Assembly: GCF_026210795.1 (NCBI RefSeq) | Contig: NC_089429.1 | Span: 6,138,001 to 6,202,000, forward strand | Origin: Rhizophagus irregularis | Lineage: Eukaryota | Reading direction: 5' to 3' | Length of the DNA stretch: 64,000 nucleotides | Part shown: piece after piece, positions 12,316 to 26,745 of the stretch | How the letters are laid out: every line of letters starts with the position of its first letter | Numbering within the stretch: the stretch's first letter is position 1 | Position numbers and translations under genes: made by a program | The notes under the pieces: model-generated | What the model was told of the DNA's origin: nothing | Seen by the model: the letters and a program-made list of their open reading frames with translations, nothing else | The model's database searches: none

Positions 12316-15146
12316 AAAAATTTATTAAAAAAAAAGATCTCTAATGAAAAAAATTTCAAGCCAGGATTCTTTAAAAAAATACTATTTTCAATAAAATTTT
12401 CTAACAAATTTTCTAACAAAATTCTCCATCAAAAAAATAAAAAACTTTTCAACCAACAATTCTCTAAATATCCCCGATTAAGAAAAATTTCTAATGAAAA
12501 TCTTCCATCATAAAACACATTTTCCCTATTAAAAAAAAATTCAAAGATTCTTACCTATTAAAAAAATTCTCAAAAAATTTCTATCCAAAAAAAAACTTCC
12601 CTCCTATTAAAAAAAAAATTCTTTACCGAAATTCTCTATCAAAAAAAAATCCCCTGTTAAAAAAATTTACTAACGAAATGATCTATCAAAAAAAAAATCT
12701 TACCTATTAAAAAAAAATTCTCAGCGAAATTATTTATCTTCCTATTAAAGAAAAATTCTTTAATGAAATTCTCTATCAAAAACAATCTCCCTATTAAAAA
12801 AAAATTCTCTAATAAAATTCTCCGTCAATAATACTTTCACCTATTACTTTATCAAGTAAAACTCCCCTCCTATTAAAAAAAAATTCTTAATGAAATTCTC
12901 TATCAAAAAAAAATCTCATTTGTTAAAAAAATTTCTGACAAAATTATTTTTATCAAAAAAAATCTTTCTTATTAAAAAATTCTCCAAAGAATTTTCTACA
13001 AAAAAAAAAAAATTCTCAATGAATTCTCTATCAAAAAAAAAAAAATTCTCAATGAATTCTCTATCAAAAAAAAAAAAATCCTGTTAAAAAAAATTGTTCC
13101 AACAAATTAGGTATATGCCCAAAAAAAAATCTTATTAAAAAAATTCTCCAATGAAATCTAAATTTTTTAACGAAATTATCCATCGAAAATAAACTCAGAA
13201 ATGTCCCTAAAAAAATTCTCCAACAAAATTTTTATCAAAAAAAAAGTCTTTTTATTAAAAAAAAATTCCAAAAGAATTTTATCAAAAAAAGCCTTTGCCT
13301 ATATTAAATAAAAATTCTCTACAAAAGTTGTTTTATAAAAAAAAGCCAATAAAAATAAAAAAAAAATTCTTCGTGTAAAAACTATGTAAAATTTTTTGCC
13401 AAAAATTCAAATCACGTGATAAAATTTTTTTACTAAAAAAAAAAATTTCTATTTTTCGAAAAACTGACCCCGGCCGGGTCACGAGAATCTAAAATTTTTT
13501 TGTATATATTAACCTATAATTTTGCTGATCAGTCATACTTACTTACACTCGTGAAAAAGTATATACCAAGAAAGCACTCTCTGGACAACATTATGCACTG
13601 ACACGTGATATCGCTTGGCCAAATTTTCCTTAATTCTGGCCATGAGGGGTATGAATAACAAAATTGGGGTATAAAGAACAATGGCATATATGTATATTTT
13701 ATTTATATTTAAATGCTAAATGCATCACTTCTCGCTCTAAAAGATTCATAATGTGGTCCGACGGATAATTATACGGAATTTGAAAAATACATTGAAAAAT
13801 TTTTAAATTTTGAAATTAAATTAAAGTTTTGCATAATATTGCATTTATTGATAATGGATCAGGTATTAACCATTTTCATTTATTTTATGACGCCAGTGTT
13901 CGTAAAGATATCCGAAAAAGAAATGTTTAAAGCGTATATGCATAATGACCGTTGTAGGAATTACATCAAAACAATAAAAAAATGCGAAAACGCTTTTAAT
14001 TCTAGAATAAAATATTTTCTGACTTAATACACATATATAGTTTTCAAATAATCCCAGTTATTAAATTGGTTTTCTCCAACCTTTTGTTCTACTACCTTGA
14101 TGTTATTTGTACGCTTGTATTTTGCTTGTATTTTCGACCAATATTGTTGTTAAGTCTGATCTTAAATTTGATGTGCGCTTGGATTTATCGGAAAAAGTAT
14201 ATCAAAATCGATAATGGCTAAGAGAATTTTTTTTCTAAGGTTGATTTTCGAACAAATATAAGAAACAAAGGTATCCAAATATGTTTATATATCAGTATGT
14301 GAAAGTTGATATCATTTTAAAATTCTAGTTCTTCAACACAAATTGGATCATTTACGACTGGTGACGAAATAAATAGAACAGAATAGAACCGTACTAGAAA
14401 AGGTGCGAAAAAAAACAAGAAAAAAAAAATCCTATAGAACTTTCGTACTACATATACTGTATTGACGAATTAACAAACGAGATATTTAATTTCTATAAAT
14501 TCTGAATAATCTGAAGCTTTATGTTAAAAGTCTATTAAATTAAATTGATTTTCAAGAAATTTTAATACTCTTGCAACTACAACGTTTTTGAACCTTTGCT
14601 TTATAAAATTATTTTCTATATAAAATTAATTTCAGACTCCCTATTCAATATACCATTTGACATTAATTTATTACTTTTTTATCACACAATACTAATAGTG
14701 TATGATTCTGATAAAGAATGTATCTACTCATAGAATAAAATTTTTATATATAACTTCTGATTATGCTTAGCTAATTTATTTTCATCAGCCGTGTACCAAT
14801 TTCCTCAAGATATTTTGGCCCTACCAAAAATTCTAATTGAAAGCATTTCTAATGCTTTAAAGAGTCTCAATTAATAAAACAACAACATTAACACCATATT
14901 AAGTACTTTTGTCCAATATATAATCAAATTTTTGATGTTCATAAAATGTTTCGTTTTAATACGCGTCATTCATTTGTACCAGCTGTACATTACAATATGC
15001 CTGATAGCACAAATATGCAATAATATAATGTGAGACGATGCACTATAATCAAGTTAAGAAACAATGAATAGCAGATATACTCTTTTGAAGTCTAATTTTG
15101 TTTATCTTTTTTGTGTAATTATTTTACCTCCATTATTTATATAATT

Positions 15147-15497
15147 ATCGCAATTTCAAATTAGTGCGACCCCCTCTAAGAAAATCGGTATTCACAAATC
15201 TGGAAAACCAAAATTTTCCTGAATAACTATGTTGTGAAGGGTCGATTATTAGTGATTACCAGAGTTATTTAAGTAGTTTCTCTTGAAAATATGGTAATAT
15301 TACACAAAGTTTTAATCCATGTTCATAGGAAAACTACTTAAATAATTAAGATTTCTGCATGAATTCCTTTGGAATTCGCTAATAATCGACCCTTTCTACA
15401 TAGTTATCCAAGAAAATTCCAGGTTTTCCCGATTTGTGAATACCAATTACCTTAGATTAGTGACATACATGGATCGCACTAATTTGAAAACAGCGAT
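15147..15497. mobile_element. Palindromic MITE flanked by AATT
   Basis: atcgcaatttcaaattagtgcga ... tcgcactaatttgaaaacagcgat; internal arms also complementary. Confidence 0.75.
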
Positions 15498-16355
15498 AAT
15501 TTCCACATAATATATAAATCTTATATTTACACTCCCACCCTTAAAATATCACGTAATAAATGTCATTGGCCTAATTTAATTATAATAGTAAAATTTTTGG
15601 CTATTTACTGTATATTTAAAATTTTTTTAATAAATAAAATAAATCAAAAACTTATAAATCAGGTTTAGGTAGATTCAAAATAATAGTTTGGGCTATGTAA
15701 AAAAAAGCCAGAACTTTGCCACAAATAACATCAAAGCTAAATCCATAGCCACAAATCACATTCTGTGCTAATGTTATTGAAATAATAAAAACTTTCATTT
15801 ATCAGAGACATCATATTAATCCGTATAAATTGTGTATTTAAAGATGATTAGTTTCTTTGAAATATACTAGGACAGCACATGGTAAAAGCAGTAATATCGT
15901 AATATCACGTATAAAGTAAGGTCACATGATATTTCCATCTAAAATATATAGTTTTTTGATCACAATAAGTAATGATATTATTTATATTATTTCTAAATAA
16001 AATTGAAAATTTGATATATATTTTTCATCATTAATCATACTATTTTTTTTTTTTGATCATAACTCATCGAAAAAATGTATTAAGTTATATACCTTTATAA
16101 TTTACAATAATATCATCGCATATATTACTTATATTACTTATATTACTTGTATTCTCATCAACAGAAGAACATTTTAATGAATTAAAAGTAAGTTGGAATT
16201 TATTCAATATCCATCAATTATTAAAAATATTTCATTACAATATTCATTAAAGTTACAATAATAATATTTTTTGATTCATGAAAATACTATAAATTACATT
16301 TTATAAAATTACAGATTTATTACTATTATTTATTCCATAAAGAATAGTATTTATA

Positions 16356-16620
16356 CCCTATAAAAAAAGAATGTCCGGAAATTGTAGCTGAAAACGTCCG
16401 GAAAATGTTTATTTGTCTGGAATATGTCCGGAATATTGCAATATTCCGGACGTTGGAAAATTTCCATTTTCCGGAAAATGTCCAGAAAATGTCTAGGAGG
16501 GTTCAGACCCAGCGTCCAGAAAGTGTCCGGAATATTGCAATTTTCTGGACGTTTTCCGGACACACGGACATTTTCCGGATGTTTTTAGCTACAATTTCCG
16601 GACATTTTTTTTTTACAGGG
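16356..16620. mobile_element. Palindromic MITE, CCCT...AGGG termini, ATA TSD (CMC/EnSpm-like)
   Basis: Near-complete hairpin with repeated TCCGGA cores; ata at 16353-16355 and 16621-16623. Confidence 0.8.
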
Positions 16621-17035
16621 ATATCAGCAATTTCCTAATGAATAGTACAAAATAAATTACTAATAATATATGTGATGAATTATATAACTGGTGGTGACCA
16701 CACTGAATAAAATCAACTAAACGAATGGCAAGTAACAAATATTTTCCTTTTAGGCCAGATAAAATAAATTTTTAAAGCTCATAAGCTTTTATGTTTCAAA
16801 ACAAACCAATAAAGTTATATTACTTTAAGTCGTTAAAGTAAGTATGATTCCTATAAGTATCATTAGCTTGTTCAAATGGATATGATCTGTACGGACACTA
16901 GTTCGGTCCACTAAACTGTTTATTATTATAACCATTTTCAAGAAGTTTTCTGATTTATTTTTACTCATTCTTGATTGCACTAAAGTATTTTTAATTTTGT
17001 TGATTAATACTTACTATCAGTTACAGTTAGTGAAC

Positions 17036-17250
17036 GAGAGCATAGTAAACATGTAGTGTATGGTTGACTATGTATGTAGGGTATGGTTAAACATCACATA
17101 TAAAAGTATCACGTGACCATACGTGGTACAGAATAGAACGGTCTAGGCCTTTCCTTATTTGGTAATAAACAATGTAGATCTGTATGGAACGCGTGTGAAA
17201 TTTACCCTACATACATAGGTATCCGTACACTACATGTTATCGTAACACCC
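17036..17250. mobile_element. Mutator-like MITE, 9-bp TSD TTAGTGAAC
   Basis: Imperfect TIRs (catgtagtgta...tatgtatgtagggta versus reverse complement); ttagtgaac at 17027-17035 and 17251-17259. Confidence 0.85.
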
Positions 17251-17400
17251 TTAGTGAACTGAATATAAAATAAATGTGGGTTATTTAATTGAACAATAGA
17301 CTGACTCTATTATATTCCATTCTTATTCTTAATATATAAGCTTTTTTATTAAGTAAAAAAATATATTTATTTTAACTAAGTTTATTCAAATAGGAAATAT

Positions 17401-17985
17401 GGGATCACCCAAAAATCCTGACACCTATAATATCGACAGTCTATAATCCCGACACCAAAATCCCGATAAATGCAAATCCCGATTGAATCAAAATCCTGAC
17501 AGTTACAGAATCCAGATGATCTAAAATCTTGACAGCCAAAATTCTGGCTGAGATTCGATCAGATGAATTTGAGTTTAGTTAATTTTTTTAATATAATTGT
17601 TTCTAATTTTAGAAGATAAAGAATAGTTTAGTAGTCTAGTAATATACTGTACATATTCTTTTTAACTAAGATAATAAATTTTTTCTTTTAATTTCATTAA
17701 TAATAAAGTAACGTTAGTTAATTTGCATTAATATTAATAAAATTTGCAAACAATTTACATTGGTATTAATAAAATTTACAATAAATTAACCTGTTACTGC
17801 GTCATTGTATTTTTAAAATTATATTTAAAAAAAAAAAACTTTTGGATTTTGATTGTCAAGATTTTTAACTGTCGGAATTTGTGACTATCGAGATTTTATT
17901 TCAACGGGATTTGGGTTTGTCGGGATCTTTGTGTCGGGATTGTAGACTGTCGATTTTATAGTTGTCGGGATTTTGTGGTAAACCC
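17401..17985. mobile_element. Mutator-like MITE, ~140-bp TIRs, 9-bp TSD AGGAAATAT
   Basis: GGG...CCC ends, internal AATCCCGACA repeats; aggaaatat at 17392-17400 and 17986-17994. Confidence 0.9.
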
Positions 17986-20900
17986 AGGAAATATATATAT
18001 ATATTGATTGTATCACAGCACTAACTTTGATCCAAATATAAAAGGTAAAAGAACAAAAAAAAATTAAGAAGAAAAATTAGTAAAAAATAATTAGGTAAAA
18101 AAATTATTATTAAAAAAAGGTGCTTTATACTGAAATACTGCAGCGTTATTCTGATCAAATCAAAAAAAAAAAAATTCAAAAAATTATATAAAAAATTTAA
18201 TATATTATAAAATAGAAAAAAAAAGTCAAAAAAAAAATAAAAAATATTGGAAAAAAAATTTCAGTTTTAACCAATTAAAAAAAATTGGTTACGGTAATAC
18301 AATCGGTGATACAATCTGCTGCAGCTTGATCACAGACTGGAAATAGCATCGCCACCAAAAAATGGTAGCAGGATTTATTTGCTGGTCATACATACCAGTT
18401 ACATGTGATTTTGGACAATTATGTTAAATTATCGATTTAAAATAATATATTATTTTCTTTTCTTCGTTATAATTTGTTTTATAAACTCATATTTAAAAGA
18501 TGAGTCACTTAATAAGCCAAAATGATATTTGTGATTAAAAAATGTTCGTTCAAATTTTAAATTGAAAAAACATTATAGCGCTAAAATCATCAAACTATAC
18601 TAAGAAACCTGAAAGGGTTCTAATAAGAATACAATGTATTTGGAATAATTATATTAGAAACATAAAGAACATAAAGTTAAAATATTAAACATCATAGTAT
18701 ATTATTTAAAACTATAATATAAAAAGAATTCTTTAAGGTTATTGAATTTATTATTATTTTTCACAAATATAAATATTTAAAGTTTGATATATCGTTTAAT
18801 TCTAACCTACCAGTTTTTAGGGTCGTTGTAAATAATACCAAATATCATATGATAATAAAATAAAATAATTACTCTTCATTTTACAAATTTAAATTATAAA
18901 TGAAGTACATTAATGCTAAATTACTATTTCTCAAATACAACTACAAATTAACTCTTAATATGTAATACAAGCAATATACTGTAGTTAAAATAATAGTTAA
19001 GTTGAAAAATATTATTGATCCACAACAATCCATTCTTGCATAAGCCTCATTAGTCATAGCCTCAATTATTTATTTGTTTATTTATATTTAATAGCAAATG
19101 CTAAGCTTCTCTAAGGACTTTAGTTGTGTTTTGATAAAAATGCATATGATAACTTTGGTTATAAAATTTGATTATTATTCTAAAAATAATAATATTTATT
19201 AGATATTTGATATTATAAAAAAAACTTTCCATAATGCCTCCAGATGTTTTGCTCGTCATCTGATATTTTCACAGCCCACAGGAAGCCCATCCAAGCCCCT
19301 GTTGTTGTACAACCAATTATATGTAACCATAATGAATAAAAATTGTTATAAATAAAGACATAATATTAAAATTTTGTTGTTATCATTATAATTTTTAATT
19401 ATATAACTGATATTTTTTTCAAATTAAAAACCTTTATTTTACTCACATAAAATATATTAATGAAATTTAATAAAGAAATTATAATATGCAAAGCTAATTT
19501 TGTTATCAAACTAAATGCATAATATAAATAGAACCTTCGGGATATTATCAATAAATAGTTTTATCTACAGAAACTATGTATCTTAATTATAACTTAGATC
19601 CTATAGCTCCACTTTTCAAATCTTAACAATTGCTTTAAAATGCATTAAATCAATAATCCAATTTAATGCTGCCAAAAGCTCAACTTACCTAGCAATACAT
19701 TCCCAAAGTGCAAAACAATAAAGACAACTTCTAGAATAATTCAAATAGCAATTCAATTTCAACCCATTCTCCTTACTTTTTAATGGTATTAATATATTTT
19801 ATGAAAAAATTCTTGAAAAAGAAAAAGTTAATGTAGAGGTAAACTAATGACTATTGGTACTAGTACAGGGGAAAGTGTACATATACATGGAATTGGAAAG
19901 AAGAAAATGTATTTAAAATCAACTGGATACATTGAAAGAAAATGAAGATGAAATAAAAAGAAGGCATCCTATTAGACGTAATTATTTTATTTCATTCTCC
20001 ATGTTTAGATGAGCGCTGATGGAGTATCTGGGGAAAAATTTTTCCGAAAAATCATGTGACTTGTTAGTTTATGATATCCGTGATTTATTAGAAGAATTTA
20101 AGTTATTACATAGTGTGGTCTTTGGGTGACGTGGTTAGTCAATACTAAAGCCCTATTTCAATTCGCATTATCATTTTGACTTGGCCTATCTGACGCCGTT
20201 AGTAAAAATAAAAATAAAAATCAATTAAGTTATTGCATATCAGATAGAAATCTATATTCTATAAGTTTTGTGCAGAAACGTTTAATAACAAATAAGTGAA
20301 ATCAGAAAAACATAGTAGATATTTTATGCAATTGCATTAAGTCTGAAAAAATTTTAGCAAGTGTAGAGTATTTTCTTTTAAAATTGCATGATAAAAGTCA
20401 TTTACAAAATTTTTGGAAAGAAAATGAAAATATCTGTCATCTCGAAGGAAAACATGAATAGGATCTCATTAATTCATTAAAATTATAAGCAAATGGATTA
20501 TTTCAACTAATAATATACAATTACAAAAAAAAATTTTAAATCTCAAATTCTTGATTTTGAAAATAATAATGAACAATTAAATGAACAAATAAACGAACAG
20601 ACCAACACTACCATTGTATCATCTTAAACATTAAGTTTATTTTCTATAAAAACAATATTTTAATTATATAAAATTAAAATAAATGATTCAATTTTAACGC
20701 CTGAAGAATGTTCACAAATGGGTTGCAATTTAGCTAGAGATCTTAAAAAAACTTGTAAAGAATTTCAGGATTTTCAAGCATTAGAATCTCCTAATTCTTT
20801 AAATGAATATTGATAGATAAATGATGAAGAATTAATTGTATTAAGTTTACAAGTAAGATATAACAAAATTGGAGATAAGGAACAAAAGAAATATGAAAAG

Positions 20901-21139
20901 AAGTATTGATTTTCTGGACTTTAATATAATAATTGTATATATACCTTGTAAGAGCAATATGCTATTCCCAAGGTTTACAGGTAGCATTGGATTTTTACAT
21001 ACCCTGATAGACCACAAAAGTATAAGTTTATTAGTTGACTTTATTATTTTAATTAACCTATATTTTATTCTCTATCATACTATGGCTGAAGATACAGTTG
21101 AAGTTTTCACAGAAGATTAAAAGTTTATCATTTTTAAAT

Positions 21140-24100
21140 AATTGAGCAAATTATTAATGAAGCACTTTGCAAATGCTAAAGAAGGAGTTTATACTTTTAG
21201 AATTAGATTGCCAAGAGATACATTTTTTTTATAGGGAGATCATGCTCATCCCGATTTCGGTTAGCGTCCCGATGGTTGCTGTCATGTGATTATATTTACC
21301 ATAATATTAACAATCATCATATTAACAATGATTAAAAATTAAAATCATTATTTGCACAAACTGCTAGGCAGGTTATTAAGTAAATTGAGCAAAGTATTAA
21401 TGAGAACTTTGCAAATGCTAAAGATGGAGTTTATAATTTTAGAACTAGATTGATGTTTAATGCCAAGAGATACTTTTTTTTTAAAGGGAGATCATGCTCA
21501 TCCGATTCTGGTTAGCATCCCGATGGTTGCCTGTCACGTGTTTATGTTTACCGTAATTTTCACAACCATCATATTAACGATGATTAAAAATCAAAATCCA
21601 TTATTTGTACGAACTGCTAGGCAGGTTATTAAGTAAAAATAACTGATAAGATCTTTAAGAACTAATAAATTATAATCTATTTCTCAATGCACAATTAGTT
21701 GACAATATTAAGCTGTAGACAAAAATGATATCTACACAGTATTTAGTAAATTTGCTATATGATCATCAAAATCTGCTGTCATAGAATATTCATAGGAATA
21801 ATTCTTTCTAAGATATATAATTGAAAAGATTATCATACTTCAAAATGAAATGATATTTACATCAAATAATACTATGGATTTACAAAGAAGTCTAAAATAT
21901 GGTATAACAAGATTATGAATTTGTCAAATACCGAATCTTTGGCAATCTCAAAGTAAATTAATATTTTGTGGTTAACACAATAATCTTGAAGCAAACTAAA
22001 TATATCTATTTGATTTATCAAATATCAAAATTTTATTATATATTAAATTATTTAATTTCCAAAAAACCTTCTGAAAATAGATACCATCAAAATTTATAGT
22101 CTTAAATTCCAAATTAATGACAATACATAGATTCATATGAAAAATCCTATGAAAAATTTAGTTCCACTATTCAATGTACTTCAACATGATGCTAAATTTA
22201 ATCTTAAGAAAACATTAAAAAAGTTTCATTTAATTATAATAGTTATTTCTTAGATAATTTGGTACTATTTTCATTAAAAAACCCTAATTTTATAAATACA
22301 TTAAATTTAATTATATTTTGTTATCAGCCATATATTTCTGCAGTTTGGGATAGTAACAAATTTAATCTAGAACATCTTATACAGTATCAAAGCAAATTCT
22401 TTAAAAAAATTTTATAGATGTGCCAAATCAAAAATATAAAATGAGAAAAATCATCAAAAGTTATGGATTCTTAAAATTTTCAACTAAGTCTTCAAGAATC
22501 ATACCCTGTTGAAGTTGGATTAGTTTAGTTGAGAGAGTTAATTACAAACACTTGATTTTAAATTTTTAATATATAATTTTTTAAGGCATATATTATATAT
22601 TGAACCTCTAGGAAAATTGGAAATAATTTTACATATTTTCTAAGACAAAGAAGCATTATTAAATATAAAAAACGCGTTGTACAAACTGCCATAATTTTAA
22701 TTGGAAGTGCACCTCAGAATTGCCAGTAAAAAATGGTCCTCATAAAAATTCAGCCAGCATATGAAAAAAAAGGGATACTTGATTCCTTCCTAACAGAGCC
22801 AAGTATTGCAGGATGATAATTATACATCAGTATCATCTAACAAAGCTTCTTAGTGAAGCTATTATTTCAAATAGACAGTTATAACATAATGTAAATAATT
22901 AAAATGATTTTAAGCTAGCAAAAAATGTAGTGAAAGCTTTTCAACTTATACAACTACATTAGTCATTTCAAATCAGAAATATATCCATCCAAGTTGAAGG
23001 AATTTTGCAAGTATGATATAGTATTAATGAAGAACTTTGCAAATGCCAAAGATGAAGTTTATAATTTTAGAATTAGATTGGTGTTTAATGCCAAGAGATG
23101 ATTTTTTTTTTATAGAGATCATGCTCATCCCGATTCTGGTTAGCGTCCCGATAATTGCCTGTCATGTGAATCATATTTACCATAATTTTCACAACCATCA
23201 TATTAGCAATGATTAAAAATTAAAATCTTTATTTGCACAAACTGCTAGGCAGGTTATTAAGTAAATTGAGCAAAGTATTAATGAAGAACTTTGCAAATGC
23301 CAAAGATGAAGTTTATAATTTTAGAATTAGATTGGTGTTTAATGCCAAGAGATGATTTTTTTTTATAGAGATCATGCTCATCCCGATTCTGGTTAGCGTC
23401 CCGATGGTTGCCTGTCATGTGAATCATATTTACCATAATTTTCACAACCATCATATTAACAATGATTAAAAATCAAAATCCATTATTTATACAAACTTTC
23501 TAGGCAGGTTATTAAGTAAAAAATCACTGATAAGGTCTTTAAGAACTCATAAATTATAATTTGTTTCTCAATGCACAATCAGTTGACAACACCATATTCA
23601 CATACTAATTAAGCTGTAGACAAAGTAAATCTGCTATATAATCATCAAAAATAGAACATTTATAGGAATAATTATTTCTTTCTAAAATATATAATTGGAA
23701 GGATTATCATACTTTTCAAAATGAAATGATATTTATATCAAATAATACTATGGATTTATGAAAAAGTTTAAAAATATAGTATAACTAGATTATGAATTTG
23801 TCAAACACCGAATCTTTGGCAATCTCAAAGTAAATTAATATTTTGTGGTTAACATCTCAGCAATTTTGGTAAATGATTCAATAATCTTGAAGCAAACTAA
23901 ATCTATTTGATTACCAATATCAAATTTTTATCGTATATTAAATTATTTATTTTCCAAAGAACCTTCTGAAAATATTATACCATCAAAATTTATAGTCTTA
24001 AATTCCAAATTAATGGCAATACATAGATTCATATGAAAAATCCTATGAAAAATTTAGTTCCACTATTCAATGTACTTCAACATGATGCTAAATTTAATCT

Positions 24101-26745
24101 TAAGTAAATATCAAAAAGTTTCATTTAATTATAATATAATAGTCAATTCTTAGACAATTTGGTACTATTATCATTAAATAACCCTAATTTATAAATACAT
24201 TAAATTCAATTATATTTTATTACCAGCCATATATTGTTGCAGTTGGGATAGTAACAAATTTAATCTGGAATATCTTATACAGTATCAAAAAAAGTCTTTA
24301 AAAAAATTTTATAGATGCGCCAAATCAAAAATATAGTAAGAGAAAATTATCAAATATTATGGATTTTCAAATTTTCAACTAAGTCTTCAAAATTCATACC
24401 CTGTTGAAGTTGGATTAGTTTTAGTTGAGAGAGTAGTTACAAACACTTTATTTAAATATTCTAATATATATTTTTTTAAGGCATATGTTATATATTGAAC
24501 CTCTAGGAAAATTGGAAATAATTTTACATCTTTTCTAAGATAAAGAAGCATTATTAAATATAAAAAACACGTTGTACAAACTGCCATAATTTTAATTGGA
24601 AGTGCACCCCAAAATTTCCAATAAAACATGGTCCCCATAAAAATTCAGTCAGCATACGAAAAAAAAGGGATACTTGATTCCTTCCTAACAGAGCCAAGTA
24701 TTGCAGGATGATAATTATACATTAGTATCATCTAACAAAGATTCTTAGTGAAGCTATTATTCAAAATAGACAGTTATAACATGATGCAAAATAATTAAAA
24801 TAATTTTAAGTCTAGCAAAAAATGTAGTGAAGCTTTTAAACTTTATACAACTACATTAGTCATTTCAAATTGGCAAATATATCCATCCGAGTTGAAGGAA
24901 TTTTGCAAGTATGATGTGATAAAAATACAACTCAGGAGTATTTTGGCAAATTCATAAGTAATGCAAGTGTATGGAAGACTGCTGTTTTTACAATATTAAA
25001 TTTATTTTTATTTTGTTATGAATTTATTTTTCATATCAAATGTGATTTAATTTCTTAAATCTTGGTAGAAAAAAAGATTTTTTTTCATTTTAAAAACAAA
25101 AAAGTATAAAAAGAATAGGGTTTGGATTAGTTTTAGTTGAGGGAGTTAGTTACAAATATTTGATTTTAAATATTTTAGTATAAACTTTTTTAAAAAATCA
25201 AAAAATATAATTTATATTTATATAATCAAAGGCGACCGACCATAAAGCAAAACTATAAAATGGATACTTCACAAAAAGAACCTGAACACAAGCTGAAAGC
25301 AGAGGTGAAGAGGAGAGGGCAGTAGAAGAAAATATTTTAGTATATATTTTTTTAAGAATATATATCAAACCTCTCACATATTTTCTAAGACAAAGAGGCA
25401 TTATTAAAATTTGCGCACATTGCCATAATTGTAATTAGAAGTACACCTCAGAATTGCCAACAAAACATGGTCCCTGTAAAAATTCAGTCAGCATATGGAA
25501 AAAAAGGATACTTAATTCCTTCTTAACAGAGTCAAGTACTATTGAAGGATGATAATTATACACTAGTATTATCAAACAAAGATTTTTAGTGAATAATCTG
25601 ATATTTTTATTGACATAATTAATATTAAAGCTATTATTCAAATAGACAGTTTTAGCATGATATAAAATAATTAAAAATAATTTTAAGTCCAGCAAAAAAT
25701 GTAGTGAAAGCTTTTGAACTTTATACAGCTACATTAGTCATTTCATTTCAAATTGGCAAATAGTACTGTATATCCATACAAGTTGAAGGAATTTTGCAAG
25801 TATAATGTTGTGATAAAAATACAACTTAGTATTTTGGCAAATTCATAAATAATGTAGCCGTATGAAAGACTGCTGTTTTTTACAAAATATAATTTATTTT
25901 ATTTTGTTATGAATTTATTTCTTATATCAAATGTGATTTCATTTCTTAAATCTTGGTAGAAAAGAAAATTTGCATTTTAAAAACAAAAAAGTATAAATAG
26001 GATAGGTTTTGGATTTAGTTTTAGTTGAGGGAGTTAGTTACAAATATTTGATTTTAAATATTTTAATATATAAACTTTTTATATTTTAGTATATATTTTT
26101 TTAAGGATATATACATATATCAAACCTCTAGGAAAATTGTAAATAATTTCACATATTTTTAAGACAAAAAGGCATTATTAAAATAAAAAGCGCTTTGCAC
26201 ATATTGCCATAATTGTAATTAGGAGTACACTTCAGAATTGCCAACAAAACATGGTCCCTGTAAAAATTCAGTCAGTGTATGGAAAAAAAAAGGATGCTTA
26301 ATTCCTTCTTAACAGAGTCAAGTATTGAAGGATGATAGTAATTATACCATTAGTATTATCTAACAAAGATTCTTAGTGAATAATCTGATATTTTTATCAA
26401 TGTAGTTAATATTAAAGTTATGATTCAAATAGTCAGTTTTAGCATGATATAAAATAATTAAAAATGATTTTAAATCCAGCAAAAAATGTAATGAAAGCTT
26501 TTGAACTTCATACAACTACATTAGTCATTTCATTTCAAATTGGCAAAATATATCCATCCAAGTTGAAGGAATTTTGCGAGTATTATGTTATGATAAAAAT
26601 AATTGGCAAATTCATAAATAATGTAGGTGTATGAAAGATTGCTACAAAATTTATTTTGTTATGAATTTTTTTCTTACTTTATCAAATGTGATTTCATTTC
26701 TTAAATCTTGATAGAAAAAAAAAAATATTTTTTCATTTTAAAAAT
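21140..26745. repeat. Hierarchical tandem duplication: two ~1.9-kb units, each starting with two ~240-bp subunits, followed by ~0.8-0.9-kb partial copies
   Basis: Recurring blocks such as gatcatgctcatcccgat (~21238, 21490, 23117, 23370) and gttgaaggaattttgc (~22992, 24891, 25782, 26562). Confidence 0.85.

Larger units (their letters stand above)
8946..13375. mobile_element. Foldback-like element of the TATGG family, right terminus missing; relative of 43026-47183
   Basis: Starts tatggcaagccgag; T-rich arm ~9380-10190 is inverted relative to A-rich arm ~12330-13375; internal segments shared with 44500-45630. Confidence 0.8.

Noticed and set aside
9478..13087. ORFs 9478-9945, 11760-12419, 12283-12513, 12890-13087
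   Set aside because: K/F/S/P-biased translations of poly-A/T foldback arms and a 20-bp minisatellite
16351..16638. Overlapping ORFs on both strands
   Set aside because: Artefact of a palindromic MITE
25435..25695. LTEFLQGPC resembles the IP3/ryanodine receptor LTEYxQGPC motif
   Set aside because: Nine residues only, no supporting context, and the frame is broken in sister repeats; needs an HMM search
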